64,000 nt of DNA. Origin: Eubacteriales bacterium. Lineage in GTDB: Bacteria; Bacillota; Clostridia; Saccharofermentanales; DTU023. Numbering within the stretch: the first letter of the stretch is position 1; every line of letters starts with the position of its first letter. The translations under genes and the position numbers were made by a program. This document shows, one piece after another, positions 1 through 8,978 of the stretch. The notes beneath the pieces are model-generated. The model ran no database searches. It was not told the origin of the DNA and saw nothing but the letters and a program-made list of their open reading frames with translations. The stretch is from positions 587,853 through 651,852 of the forward strand of contig JAUNLW010000001.1 in the NCBI GenBank assembly GCA_030532065.1, in the 5' to 3' direction.

Positions 1-1970
1 ATTTGTTCATTATTAGTGATAGATTCCGGATATTTTTGCTTCAGCTCTCGCTCAGTTTTTTCAGCTAACTGCACCCGTCCTTTTGGCAACAGGTAATAAC
101 TAACAGCCTTTTCCCGCTCAAAGTCTGGCTGAGTCTTGCTCCAGCCAAACTCCTGTTCTGTAAAACAGGGCGGCAAAATTAAGGCTTTGATCTTACCTCT
201 GCTCAAGAGCTCTGCCGCGGCGCCACTATGGTCTCGGTCCTGATGGCTAAGCAAAGCATAATCAAAATAATTTAAGCCCAAATAGTCCATAAAGGGCAGC
301 AAGTTCGCTTCAGCAGCATCGCAAACACCTCCATCTACCAGTATGGCTCGATCACGCCAGGTTACGATCATGGCGTCACCTTGTCCTACATCTACAAAGT
401 AAGCCTTAGGCTTTCCTGGCCAAAGCCGTGGTAGCAGAAGACTGGCAAGACTGATTCCTAACAAAATGATGCGTAAAGCACGACGGCCTTGAGGCCCAGA
501 CCAACGCTCCAGCCGCTGTTTCGCCATAAAGTGGAAGATCAAGATAACCCAAAGCGCAATCAGCCAGTAAACATCTAATCTAATACCCATGTTATCGGCC
601 ACTTCCCACTTGGCCAGGCTACGTGCCAAATGCAAAAAAAGTCCACTCAAAATGCGAACAGGCCAGCTCAGTACTGTCATAAGTTTCGGCAAGTAATTAG
701 CGGATAAGCCAGCCCAAACAACCAGAGGCAGGGCAAAAATAAATAGCATCTCCGCCAAGGCAATGAAAAGTGGCTGCCAAATCATAAATAAAGGACATAT
801 CCTTCTGCTACTACTTAGGCTAAGTAAAGACACTGCTAATTGGGCCGCAAAAAGCGAAGCAAAACTGCTCACTAAGCGCTCCTGTAGAAAGGGCCAGCGA
901 ACCAGGATTTGTTTTTGTATTTTCTCGGCAAATAAGAAGATAGCGCCACTGGCAGCATAAGACCAAAGCAAAGCGTGATCCAAAATGGCAAAAGGTGAAG
1001 CTAATCCGGATAGAGCAAGGCCTAAAGCTAAGATATTTAGTGGATCAAAGCGAGTAGCGCTTAAAGTGTTGATCTGTCTTAGAAGGCACAGAAGTCCTGC
1101 CCTCAAAAAACCGGCAGCACCTCCTGTAAGATATGCCCCGAAGCTGATCATACCGAGTTGATCGAAAAAATTACGCCAAAACCCGCGTGGCCATCTTGTT
1201 TGAGTCAAAGCTAAAGGCTTGAGCAAAAACATCAGATGCATGCCAGAAACCGCCAGGAGATGTGATAAACCAATACGGCGAAAATCCTCTTTGATCTCAT
1301 TCGCAAGTGAACCTTTGACGCCCAAGACTAAACTTTGTAGCAGGCCGGAACTATCATTCGAAAATCCCCAATCGCTCAAGTTCTTATTTACAGAAAACAG
1401 GAATTGTCTTCTAGCGGCAAAGGCCAGTCCCCGCCCATCTATAACCGTAACTTTCCCAACAGGATATGCCTGATGAAAAATACCCTTACCTGCCAACCAG
1501 GCCTGGTTATCAAAGGCTCCCGGGTTAGCTCCAGGATCAGGCCGCGTTAAGCGATAGCAAAGCTCCACCGATTTCGCGTTCAAGTGCTCCAGATCCAAGA
1601 CTAAGGCATAAATATTCCCATTTTCTGCCAAAGCTTCCACTTGGAAGCTTTGACTTGCTTCACTTTCCCAGAGTATTTTCCCCAAGCTTAAATTACCACA
1701 ATAAGCTTGCTCAAGAGCGGAATCCGCAGCTGATCCGCTGAGAGCCAGAACTACACGCGACAAATTTAAAATAAATACTAGAGGAAGTAAGAGTTTTAAC
1801 TTTGGAAGGCGCCAGTAAGCCTTGATGGCTAAAAAAACATAAGCTATAGATAAAAGCGTCAATAAGCAATAGTTCTGATGATAAAGCAAAAGAGCTGGCA
1901 AGAGACTTGCTGCTGCCAAAGCCAGGCAAGGCCGAGTTTGTCGCAGATAGATCCTATGATTTTTGAGCAA
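1..1970 (-). CDS. comEC: ComEC/Rec2 DNA-uptake channel protein; 3' end lies beyond the left window edge
   Basis: It is absent from the ORF track because it has no stop codon inside the window. I checked the minus frame by hand. It is open from 1994 down to base 1, with an upstream in-frame TAA at 1995-1997. The translation contains IGLSHLLAVSGMHLM (~1230-1274, ComEC competence-domain motif) and the metallo-beta-lactamase motif LVDGG...LLSHQDRDHSGAA (~215-341). The likely start is TTG 1970, 7 nt after GGGAGGG. Confidence 0.85.
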   Translation of the reverse strand, partial: MLKNHRIYLRQTRPCLALAAASLLPALLLYHQNYCLLTLLSIAYVFLAIKAYWRLPKLKLLLPLVFILNLSRVVLALSGSAADSALEQAYCGNLSLGKILWESEASQSFQVEALAENGNIYALVLDLEHLNAKSVELCYRLTRPDPGANPGAFDNQAWLAGKGIFHQAYPVGKVTVIDGRGLAFAARRQFLFSVNKNLSDWGFSNDSSGLLQSLVLGVKGSLANEIKEDFRRIGLSHLLAVSGMHLMFLLKPLALTQTRWPRGFWRNFFDQLGMISFGAYLTGGAAGFLRAGLLCLLRQINTLSATRFDPLNILALGLALSGLASPFAILDHALLWSYAASGAIFLFAEKIQKQILVRWPFLQERLVSSFASLFAAQLAVSLLSLSSSRRICPLFMIWQPLFIALAEMLFIFALPLVVWAGLSANYLPKLMTVLSWPVRILSGLFLHLARSLAKWEVADNMGIRLDVYWLIALWVILIFHFMAKQRLERWSGPQGRRALRIILLGISLASLLLPRLWPGKPKAYFVDVGQGDAMIVTWRDRAILVDGGVCDAAEANLLPFMDYLGLNYFDYALLSHQDRDHSGAAAELLSRGKIKALILPPCFTEQEFGWSKTQPDFEREKAVSYYLLPKGRVQLAEKTERELKQKYPESITNNEQ

Positions 1971-2040
1971 GACCAATCCCTCCCAGGCCTCAAATTATGG
2001 ACTGAGAGAAATGAAAATTAGAGTTTACTTAGCGTCAATC

Positions 2041-2646
2041 TTAGACAACACCTGCCGTTAAGAGAATGAGTTTCGACAACTCAATCATGCCTTGACCACT
2101 TTCCGCGGACACCATCAAAATCTCCGGCGTTTGGCCAGTCTCTTCTTTGACCTTTTTGCGCAGGCGCTGGACCTGCTGACCTTGCTTTGGTCTGCTCAAT
2201 TTATCCGCCTTATTAAGTACGATCTGATATGGTAAGTCGTAGGCCTGATACCAGGCGAGCATTTGCCTGTCGAGCGCTGTTGGATCATGGCGGATATCTA
2301 GGAGCTGTAGAACGAGCAGTATGGGACTGTCGGTATGCAAGTAACCGTCCACCAGGCGAGAAAAGCGTTCCTGCTCCGCTTGAGAAGATTTACTGAAACC
2401 ATAACCAGGTAAATCTACAAGATAGAACTTATCAGCTACATCGAAAAAGATCAAATTGCGCGTCTTACCTGGAGCCTGGCTAGTTTTAGCCAGTTTTTTC
2501 TGACCGCAAAGCCGGTTTATGACCGACGACTTACCAACATTGGATTTTCCGGCCAAGACTATTTGCGGCTTGCCGTCATGTGGTAAGTCCTCTAAGCGAT
2601 GAATGAGACGATAAAACTTAGTACTTTGAAGTATAGGATCTACCAT
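2041..2646 (-). CDS. engB: ribosome-biogenesis GTPase EngB/YsxC
   Basis: GTPase motifs are GKSNVGKSS (G1), DLPGYG (G3) and NKADK (G4). The ORF-track start at 2814 is an upstream extension. ATG 2646 is preceded by GGGAGG and gives ~201 aa, the usual EngB size. Confidence 0.9.
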   Translation of the reverse strand: MVDPILQSTKFYRLIHRLEDLPHDGKPQIVLAGKSNVGKSSVINRLCGQKKLAKTSQAPGKTRNLIFFDVADKFYLVDLPGYGFSKSSQAEQERFSRLVDGYLHTDSPILLVLQLLDIRHDPTALDRQMLAWYQAYDLPYQIVLNKADKLSRPKQGQQVQRLRKKVKEETGQTPEILMVSAESGQGMIELSKLILLTAGVV

Positions 2647-2785
2647 GGCCTGAAACCTCCCTAAGGTAAAGATCAGCGAACAACTACGTGGGGCTGGCAC
2701 GCTTGCAGCTGATTGTACCATATCCAAACCAGGCTTCTGGTTAGATGCTATACTAGACAAAACTCTGTTTTGCAGTGGAGGAGAC

Positions 2786-3991
2786 ATGGACGCTACAAAA
2801 TCTGCGGAAGCCAATGAGTTTACCTACTGGCGCTATGGGAAAAACATCATGGAGCCGGTTGCTCCTATTGGCATCATTACTCAACAAATCAACGACCGCC
2901 TAGCCGATGATATCAACCGCAACCTGCGGCAACTGAGACAGAATTACGTCAAGCAACATCCTGACCTTTGGGAATTTATCGGCTATGAGCGCAAAGACTA
3001 TCGCATGACAGCTGATCTCACACGTTTTAATACCGGTGAAGGTCAGGCTCAGCTAATCGACTCCGTGAGAGGACACGATCTTTACATCATAAGTGACGTG
3101 CTTAATGATAGTATCTACACCAATCGCTTTGGCGTAACTGTGTCTTTAAGCCCTGACGATCACTTCCAGGACTTATGTCGCCTGATCGCTTCCACGCACG
3201 GCTCCAGCACGCGGATCAATGTAATCATGCCTTTTCTTTATGAGGGGCGCCGTCACATGAGGCCGCATCAGGCTTCCATGGACTGTGCTTTGATGTTGCG
3301 TCAGTTATTTTCCTTAGGCGTGAGCAACTTTATTACTTTTGACGCTCAGGACAGCCGCGTATCCAACGCCGTGCCGCGTCACAACTTTGAGAACTTCCCT
3401 ACCGCTCAGGCCATTATAGCCAAGCTCCTGCAAACTATTCCTGACTTACGCCTGGACAAAGACCACTTTATGGTCGTCAGTCCCGCTGAGACCGCGATCA
3501 ACAAAGCTATCTACTACGCCGCTGTAATGAAAGTCCCTCTGGGTACTTTCTTCCGCGTCTTCCAGGCAGACGGCGAAATTGACCGTGACTTCTTCGGTGA
3601 TGACGTCGCAGGTCGTGACCTCGTCATCATTGACGATATTCTCGACACAGCAGACAGTGTTCTCAGCTGCGCCAATTACCTCAAAGAGCGCGGAGCCAAC
3701 CGCATCTTCATCCTCTCCAGTTTCGCCCTGTTTACCAGTGGTTATGAGAGCATGAACCAAGCCTATGATTTTGGTGTTGTTGATAAAGTTTTCGCAACCA
3801 ATCTAGCAAGACCTGCCTGTCCCTTAATGGACGCGCCCTGGTTCGAAAGCGTAGACATGAGTCTTAATATAGCCGAAGCTATCGACGCTTTAAATCACAA
3901 TGCCTCGCTCTCTGCCCTGCTCAACACAGATGCCGGCGTTGTGCAACTCTTAGAGGAATATAACAGCAAAGTCCAAGCTACAGAAAAATAA
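2786..3991 (+). CDS. PRPP-synthetase-like protein, long divergent form, paralog A (catalytic signatures degenerate)
   Basis: The protein is 401 aa. It has a Prs-type layout with VRGHDLYIISDV, INVIMPFLYEGRRHMRPHQ, FITFDAQDSRVSNAVP, MVVSPAETAINKAIYYA and the PRTase loop LVIIDDILDTADS. It aligns along its whole length with the next ORF. GGAGGAG lies just upstream of the ATG, at short spacing. Confidence 0.7.
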   Translation: MDATKSAEANEFTYWRYGKNIMEPVAPIGIITQQINDRLADDINRNLRQLRQNYVKQHPDLWEFIGYERKDYRMTADLTRFNTGEGQAQLIDSVRGHDLYIISDVLNDSIYTNRFGVTVSLSPDDHFQDLCRLIASTHGSSTRINVIMPFLYEGRRHMRPHQASMDCALMLRQLFSLGVSNFITFDAQDSRVSNAVPRHNFENFPTAQAIIAKLLQTIPDLRLDKDHFMVVSPAETAINKAIYYAAVMKVPLGTFFRVFQADGEIDRDFFGDDVAGRDLVIIDDILDTADSVLSCANYLKERGANRIFILSSFALFTSGYESMNQAYDFGVVDKVFATNLARPACPLMDAPWFESVDMSLNIAEAIDALNHNASLSALLNTDAGVVQLLEEYNSKVQATEK

Positions 3992-4002
3992 AGGAGCCTT
4001 CC

Positions 4003-5235
4003 ATGAAATTTAGACATTTTAAATTTGGCGAATCCAAGGATAATCAATACTATACCTATGACCAATACGGTGATAACAGTATGTTCGCGATTGGACCTGC
4101 TGGCCTGATCGGTTTACCAGGTGCGGAAACTTTTACCAGCCAGGTTAATGATAAGCTGATCATCCGCCGTCAGGAATATCTCAACAACTGGGAACCTGAC
4201 GAGCTTACTCCCGGCTTCTTACGTGACGACTATCGCATACCTGTAGACCTGGTACGCTTCTCCTCAGGTGAAGGCAAAGCCGTCATTAACTCTACCGTAC
4301 GTGGTCATGACCTATATCTCATCGTAGATCCCATGAACTACAACGTGACCTATAAGATGTTCGGCTTTGATAACCACACCAGCCCGGATGACCACTATCA
4401 GAACCTGGTACGCACTATCCTGGCTATTTCCGGTAAGGCTCAACGAATCAACGTTATCATGCCCTTCCTCTATGAAGGTCGCCAGCATCGTCGTTCCGCG
4501 CGTGAGTCTCTGGATTGCGCCTATATGCTGGAAGAGTTGATTAGTCTGGGAGTAATCAATTTTATTACCTTTGACGCCCACGATGAGCGTGTATCAAACT
4601 CCGTACCTCTCTCTGGTTTTGAATCTATTCCCACGGCCTATCAGATTCTCAAAGCCATCGTACGAACCGTACCTGATCTGGACTTTTCACCGGACAAACT
4701 TATGGTAGTCAGCCCTGATGAAGGCGCCATCAACCGCGCGGTTTATTACGCCAGTATGCTTGGCTTAAAGCTTGGTACTTTCTACAAACGTCGTGACTAC
4801 TCGGTAATCGAGGGTGGCCGCAATCCTATCGTAGCCCACGAATTTCTAGGTACCTCAGTAGAAGGCTACGACATTCTCATCGTAGACGATATGATCGCCT
4901 CTGGCGATTCCATGCTGGATCTGGCAATAAACCTCAAGGCTCGTGGTGCCCGCCGCATCTTCTGTGTAGCCTCTTTCGGCCTCTTCACTGATGGTCCGGA
5001 GCGCTTCAACAAGGCCTATGAAGATGGTCTGATCAGTCACGTCTTCTGCACCAACCTGACTTACCACTCACCAGAAGTGCTCAATGTCCCCTGGTTTGCT
5101 GAAGCAGATATGACCAAGTTTGTTGCTCTCTTGATCGACTCACTTAACCACAACGCTTCACTAACTTCTCTCTTGGATCCTTCACAAAAGATCCAAAAGC
5201 TTCTTGACAAACACAAATCAGAACCTGCTGAATAG
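4003..5235 (+). CDS. PRPP-synthetase-like protein, long divergent form, paralog B (retains His/KRR signatures)
   Basis: The protein is 410 aa. Motifs are INVIMPFLYEGRQHRRSARE, FITFDAHDERVSNSVP, FYKRRDYS and the PRTase loop ILIVDDMIASGDS. The RBS AAAGGAG lies 6 nt upstream of the ATG, and the gap from paralog A is 11 nt. Confidence 0.75.
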   Translation: MKFRHFKFGESKDNQYYTYDQYGDNSMFAIGPAGLIGLPGAETFTSQVNDKLIIRRQEYLNNWEPDELTPGFLRDDYRIPVDLVRFSSGEGKAVINSTVRGHDLYLIVDPMNYNVTYKMFGFDNHTSPDDHYQNLVRTILAISGKAQRINVIMPFLYEGRQHRRSARESLDCAYMLEELISLGVINFITFDAHDERVSNSVPLSGFESIPTAYQILKAIVRTVPDLDFSPDKLMVVSPDEGAINRAVYYASMLGLKLGTFYKRRDYSVIEGGRNPIVAHEFLGTSVEGYDILIVDDMIASGDSMLDLAINLKARGARRIFCVASFGLFTDGPERFNKAYEDGLISHVFCTNLTYHSPEVLNVPWFAEADMTKFVALLIDSLNHNASLTSLLDPSQKIQKLLDKHKSEPAE

Positions 5236-5265
5236 TTAGCGAATACGGCTTTCCCTAATAAGTGC

Positions 5266-5297
5266 AAAGGCAGCCACCGAAAAATGGCTGCCTTTTT
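5266..5297. terminator. rho-independent terminator between the convergent Prs-like B and nagB genes
   Basis: The stem is GGCAGCCA (5269-5276) / TGGCTGCC (5285-5292) with an 8-nt loop. TTTTT follows on the plus strand, and an AAA run precedes it, giving a short U-tract for the minus strand. Confidence 0.75.
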
Positions 5298-5341
5298 GAT
5301 TTTGCTCTTTAATGCTTTTATGCTCTTAAAAATTGAGGTAA

Positions 5342-6064
5342 TTAGAGCTCCTTGGCCGCGGCTTCGTCACAGAGAACCAGGACATCAGGGTGCAATTGCA
5401 AGATAGATGCCGGTACTTTCGGCGTTACCGGCCCTGTGACCATAGCCTTAAGTGCCGCAGTCTTTGCTTCACCGTTAACAAGCATGAGGATCTTTTTAGC
5501 ATTTAGAATCTGCTTGATACCCATGGAAAGCGCACGAGCAGGCACTTCTTCCTTGCTCCTAAAGAAGCGCTTATTGGCCGCAATGGTTGAATCCAAAAGT
5601 TCTGCTACGTGGCAATACGTAGCAAAGCTGTCATCCGGCTCACAGAAGGCGATATGACCATCATGACCAATGCCCAGTACTTGCAGGTCGCGCGGTAGAT
5701 AATCACAGAGCGCCTCATAGTCTGCCATCTCCTCTTCCGGATCATCCGCCAGACCATTAGGCACATAAGTAGAATCATAATCTATGTTGACCTGAGAAAA
5801 GAGTTGTTGGTCCATAAAATAACGGTAGCTACCTGGATGGTCAGGGCCGAGGCCAACGTACTCATCCAAGTTTATGGTGGTAAGTTCGGAAAAATCCAGG
5901 TTTTCTTCACGGTACAGACGACCTAATTCCTGGTATAGCCCGATCGGTGTAGAGCCTGTAGCCAGGCCTAACACCGCATTTGGTTTAAGCCGGATCTGTG
6001 CTTCCAGTAGTTTGGCGGCCGCCAAGCTCATATGCTCATAGTTATCATATATCTGAATTTTCAT
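5342..6064 (-). CDS. nagB: glucosamine-6-phosphate deaminase
   Basis: The protein is 240 aa. It contains LGLATGSTP and GIGHDGHIAFCEP, which are typical NagB motifs. Confidence 0.9.
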   Translation of the reverse strand: MKIQIYDNYEHMSLAAAKLLEAQIRLKPNAVLGLATGSTPIGLYQELGRLYREENLDFSELTTINLDEYVGLGPDHPGSYRYFMDQQLFSQVNIDYDSTYVPNGLADDPEEEMADYEALCDYLPRDLQVLGIGHDGHIAFCEPDDSFATYCHVAELLDSTIAANKRFFRSKEEVPARALSMGIKQILNAKKILMLVNGEAKTAALKAMVTGPVTPKVPASILQLHPDVLVLCDEAAAKEL

Positions 6065-6422
6065 CTTCCAATGCCTCGTTTTGCTTTTGTTTATGCAAGA
6101 AGATCACCCAAGAAGCCAGGATAGCAGTCAAGATTTCGCTACCTGTTAGCAGTGTAAAAGTAGCCAGCCGATCTTGAGAGATCAATAGATTGATCAATAA
6201 CAAGGCCAGCAATACCAAAACAAAAAGTAAAAACCTGGCCCAACCTGACTGGAGTGTTAGGAGGCCAAAGCCAGTGTTTTTTTCTTTATCACTCTTCTTG
6301 GCAGATGTTTTTGCCTTACTGCTGCTTTGTCGTTTAGCGGATCTACCGGTCTTTGAAGCGGTCTTGGCTTCACCGGACTTTGTCTTGGGAGTGCTTTGCT
6401 TGCGAGTGCTTGTTTTAGCCAT
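6045..6422 (-). CDS. small membrane protein with a Lys/Ser-rich N-terminal tail; function unknown
   Basis: The basic tail (KTSTRKQSTPKTKSGEAKTASK...) is followed by two hydrophobic helices. ATG 6422 is preceded by GGAGGA, and the ORF-track start at 6440 is 6 codons upstream. I recognise no family. Confidence 0.5.
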   Translation of the reverse strand: MAKTSTRKQSTPKTKSGEAKTASKTGRSAKRQSSSKAKTSAKKSDKEKNTGFGLLTLQSGWARFLLFVLVLLALLLINLLISQDRLATFTLLTGSEILTAILASWVIFLHKQKQNEALEDENSDI

Positions 6423-6489
6423 AAAATCCTCCACTCGCATATTATAGCCTATAATGGTTTACGATAAATTAAATTTGGAGTCCTAAAAG

Positions 6490-8379
6490 ATGCCTTTAGA
6501 CGGAATTTCTGCCCATTTCTTAACCCAAGACCTCAACCGCCAACTGCAGGGCGCACGACTGCAGCAAGTTGTCCAAGAGGATAAAAACACCATTTTTCTG
6601 GGTTTTCGACAACAGCAGCAGAATCTTCAGCTGGCTATTAGTATCGATCCCGCGCGCAGCTTCGTTTATCTGACCCACAAATATCCCGCTCAGCGTCAGG
6701 ACCTTAGCTCCTTTGGCCGTCTTTTGCGCCAGCAACTCATGGGAGCAGAATTGATAAGGTGCGAAAATCCCATTTGGGAACGCATCTTTATTTTCCATTT
6801 TCGCGCACTTAACGAGATTGGCGATTGGGAAGAGCGCAACCTGATCGCTGAAATTATGGGCAAGCACAGTAACCTGGTCCTTCTAAGGCCCAATGGTGTT
6901 ATCCACGACGCTCTCCGCCATATTGACCACAGTGTCAACCGTTTCCGCGAAATTATGCCGGCCAGGCCTTATGTAGCCCCACCAAGCCAGGATAAGATCG
7001 ATATCAAAGACTTCCAAGAAGATTTACCTGACTACCTGGACGGCAAACTCGTCTTCCCCTTTCTCCGAACAAAGGCTGCCATCGAGATCAGTCGTCTACT
7101 GGTAAAAACACTTGCAGGCTGGTCACCCCTCCTCGCTCAAGATCAGGTCTACCGCGCAGGACTTGATGATAAGCTACATCCATCTGACCTCACAACAGAG
7201 CAGCTACTCAGGCTAAGCCAAGTCATAGCGAAGACCTGCTCTAGAATACTAGAGGCAAAACTGGAACCGGCCATTTATTATCAGGATGCCAGCCACAAAC
7301 AGATCGTGGATTTCTATAGTCTTCCTTTAGCTATTTATCCCGAACGTCAGACTTTCAAACAACTTTCTACTTGTTACGAAACTTACTATAACTTAAAGCT
7401 GACTCAGAGTATCTTTGCCGCACGTCATCAAGCATTAAACAGCAAGCTTGACCGTCTGGCCAGGCAAAACCAACGTAAGCGCGGCTTACACGAAGAAGAC
7501 CTCGCCGAAGGAAGTCAAAGTGAGCTCTACAAGCTCTATGGCGATCTATTACAGGCGAAGATCTATCAAATAGCGCCTAAAGCTACAGAGGTAGAGGTAG
7601 AAAACTATTACGATCCGGATACGGCCTGGGTCACTATACCCCTTGATCCCTCCCGCTCTCCTGCTCAAAACATAGACAATTATTATAGAAAATACCGCAA
7701 AGCCAAGGAAAAGCATAAGATTGCCCAAGAATTTCTCCACCAGGATGAGCTTAATGAGGCTTGGTTGGCTAATCTCTATAGCCTGCTGGATCAGGCAGAA
7801 GACCTCTCAGACCTGGAAGCCATCTCCGATGAGCTGTCAGAATTAGGTTCGACCAGCAAAAAAGAGTTAATCACAGAGGTTGAGCAAAAGGCCAGTCAAG
7901 CCAACCGGCTTAATCCGGGTAAACCTGGCAAAAAAGGTAAATATAAGGCTCGTCCCCAGCAGAGCAAGCAAAAGAAAAAAGTCGATACCCAACGTCCGGT
8001 GCATGACTTTCGTAAATTTACGACCAGTGATGGTTTCCAAGTGCGAGTTGGACGCAATAATATTGAAAACGATCGCCTTACCTTCCGCAAATCACGTAAG
8101 GATGACCTCTGGTTTCACGTAAAGAACCAGCCAGGCTCACACACGGTCCTACACCTGGAAGGACAAGAGGCCAGCGAAGAGGCCATCCTAGAGACGGCTG
8201 CCATTGCCGCCTATTATTCTTCAGCTAATAAATTTAGCATGGGAGCCAAGGTTGAAGTAGACTACTGCCCAATCAAGAACGTACGCAAGATCCCCGGCGC
8301 TAAACCAGGGCTGGTCAACTATCAAGATTACTCTACGCTGCTGGTAGAGGCGAAATTGCCGGACAATACGCGTGGCTGA
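6490..8379 (+). CDS. rqcH: ribosome quality-control protein RqcH (NFACT / FbpA family)
   Basis: The protein is 629 aa. It has an NFACT-N-like N-terminus (MPLDGISAHFL...), a central coiled coil and the C-terminal NFACT-R motif DGFQVRVGRNNIENDRLTF...DLWFHVKNQPGSHTVL. Confidence 0.85.
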   Translation: MPLDGISAHFLTQDLNRQLQGARLQQVVQEDKNTIFLGFRQQQQNLQLAISIDPARSFVYLTHKYPAQRQDLSSFGRLLRQQLMGAELIRCENPIWERIFIFHFRALNEIGDWEERNLIAEIMGKHSNLVLLRPNGVIHDALRHIDHSVNRFREIMPARPYVAPPSQDKIDIKDFQEDLPDYLDGKLVFPFLRTKAAIEISRLLVKTLAGWSPLLAQDQVYRAGLDDKLHPSDLTTEQLLRLSQVIAKTCSRILEAKLEPAIYYQDASHKQIVDFYSLPLAIYPERQTFKQLSTCYETYYNLKLTQSIFAARHQALNSKLDRLARQNQRKRGLHEEDLAEGSQSELYKLYGDLLQAKIYQIAPKATEVEVENYYDPDTAWVTIPLDPSRSPAQNIDNYYRKYRKAKEKHKIAQEFLHQDELNEAWLANLYSLLDQAEDLSDLEAISDELSELGSTSKKELITEVEQKASQANRLNPGKPGKKGKYKARPQQSKQKKKVDTQRPVHDFRKFTTSDGFQVRVGRNNIENDRLTFRKSRKDDLWFHVKNQPGSHTVLHLEGQEASEEAILETAAIAAYYSSANKFSMGAKVEVDYCPIKNVRKIPGAKPGLVNYQDYSTLLVEAKLPDNTRG

Positions 8380-8978
8380 GGGCAATCCTCTGGCGCAACG
8401 AAGGCAGCTTGTGCCGCAATAACCTTGTCATAAAACTTAGAGTCACGTAAAGAATATATACAACCACAATATTTTTGTCTGTAAAGGTCCAAGTCTCTAG
8501 CCTCATTTTGACCTTGCCGGAAATAATCGCGCCAGTCGGCAGGCCAGAATATCAGCCCGTACTTTTCTGCTGCAGCTTCTCCAGCTGCGAGGATCGCCTC
8601 TCGATTTTGATATGGGCTGATCAACAAGGTGGTCGTAAAATATTTGAGGCCTAGGTCAGCGGCTTTTTCTGCTGTGTGTTCTAATCTTTCCTGGTAGCAG
8701 AAGAGACAGCGTTCGGGACCCGGTCCTTTAGCCAGCCATTCTGCTTCCCGATAGCTCTCCTCATAGATGAGATCCAGTTCACGCACCTTGGCCAATTGCC
8801 TTAATCCCAGATAACGCCTCTGCCACTCCACCTGGGGGTGAATATTAGGATTGTAATAAAATAGCAAAGATTTTACACCACGTTCCAGAAGTTCTGCGGT
8901 AGGATAAGTTGCGCAGGGCCCACAACAGGCATGGAGTAACAGGCCATCTTTTATTAAATCATCATAAGTAATAGCCAT
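8328..8978 (-). CDS. queH: epoxyqueuosine reductase QueH (DUF208)
   Basis: The protein is 216 aa. It contains LLLHACCGPCATYP and QKYCGCIYS, the cysteine motifs typical of QueH. Its 3' end overlaps rqcH by 52 nt in convergent orientation. Confidence 0.8.
   Translation of the reverse strand: MAITYDDLIKDGLLLHACCGPCATYPTAELLERGVKSLLFYYNPNIHPQVEWQRRYLGLRQLAKVRELDLIYEESYREAEWLAKGPGPERCLFCYQERLEHTAEKAADLGLKYFTTTLLISPYQNREAILAAGEAAAEKYGLIFWPADWRDYFRQGQNEARDLDLYRQKYCGCIYSLRDSKFYDKVIAAQAAFVAPEDCPQPRVLSGNFASTSSVE

Noticed and set aside
763-1929. Three short ORFs from the track (763..960 +, 1219..1473 +, 1711..1929 -) in a region that otherwise looked empty.
   Set aside because: A hand check shows one continuous minus-strand frame from 1994 to base 1, encoding ComEC with clear domain motifs. 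The listed ORFs are off-frame or antisense shadows inside it. The region looked empty only because the real gene has no stop codon inside the window.
2647-2814. 56-codon N-terminal extension of the EngB ORF, overlapping the start of the divergent Prs-like gene.
   Set aside because: The extension has no similarity to EngB N-termini. ATG 2646 has a GGGAGG RBS and gives the canonical ~200-aa GTPase.
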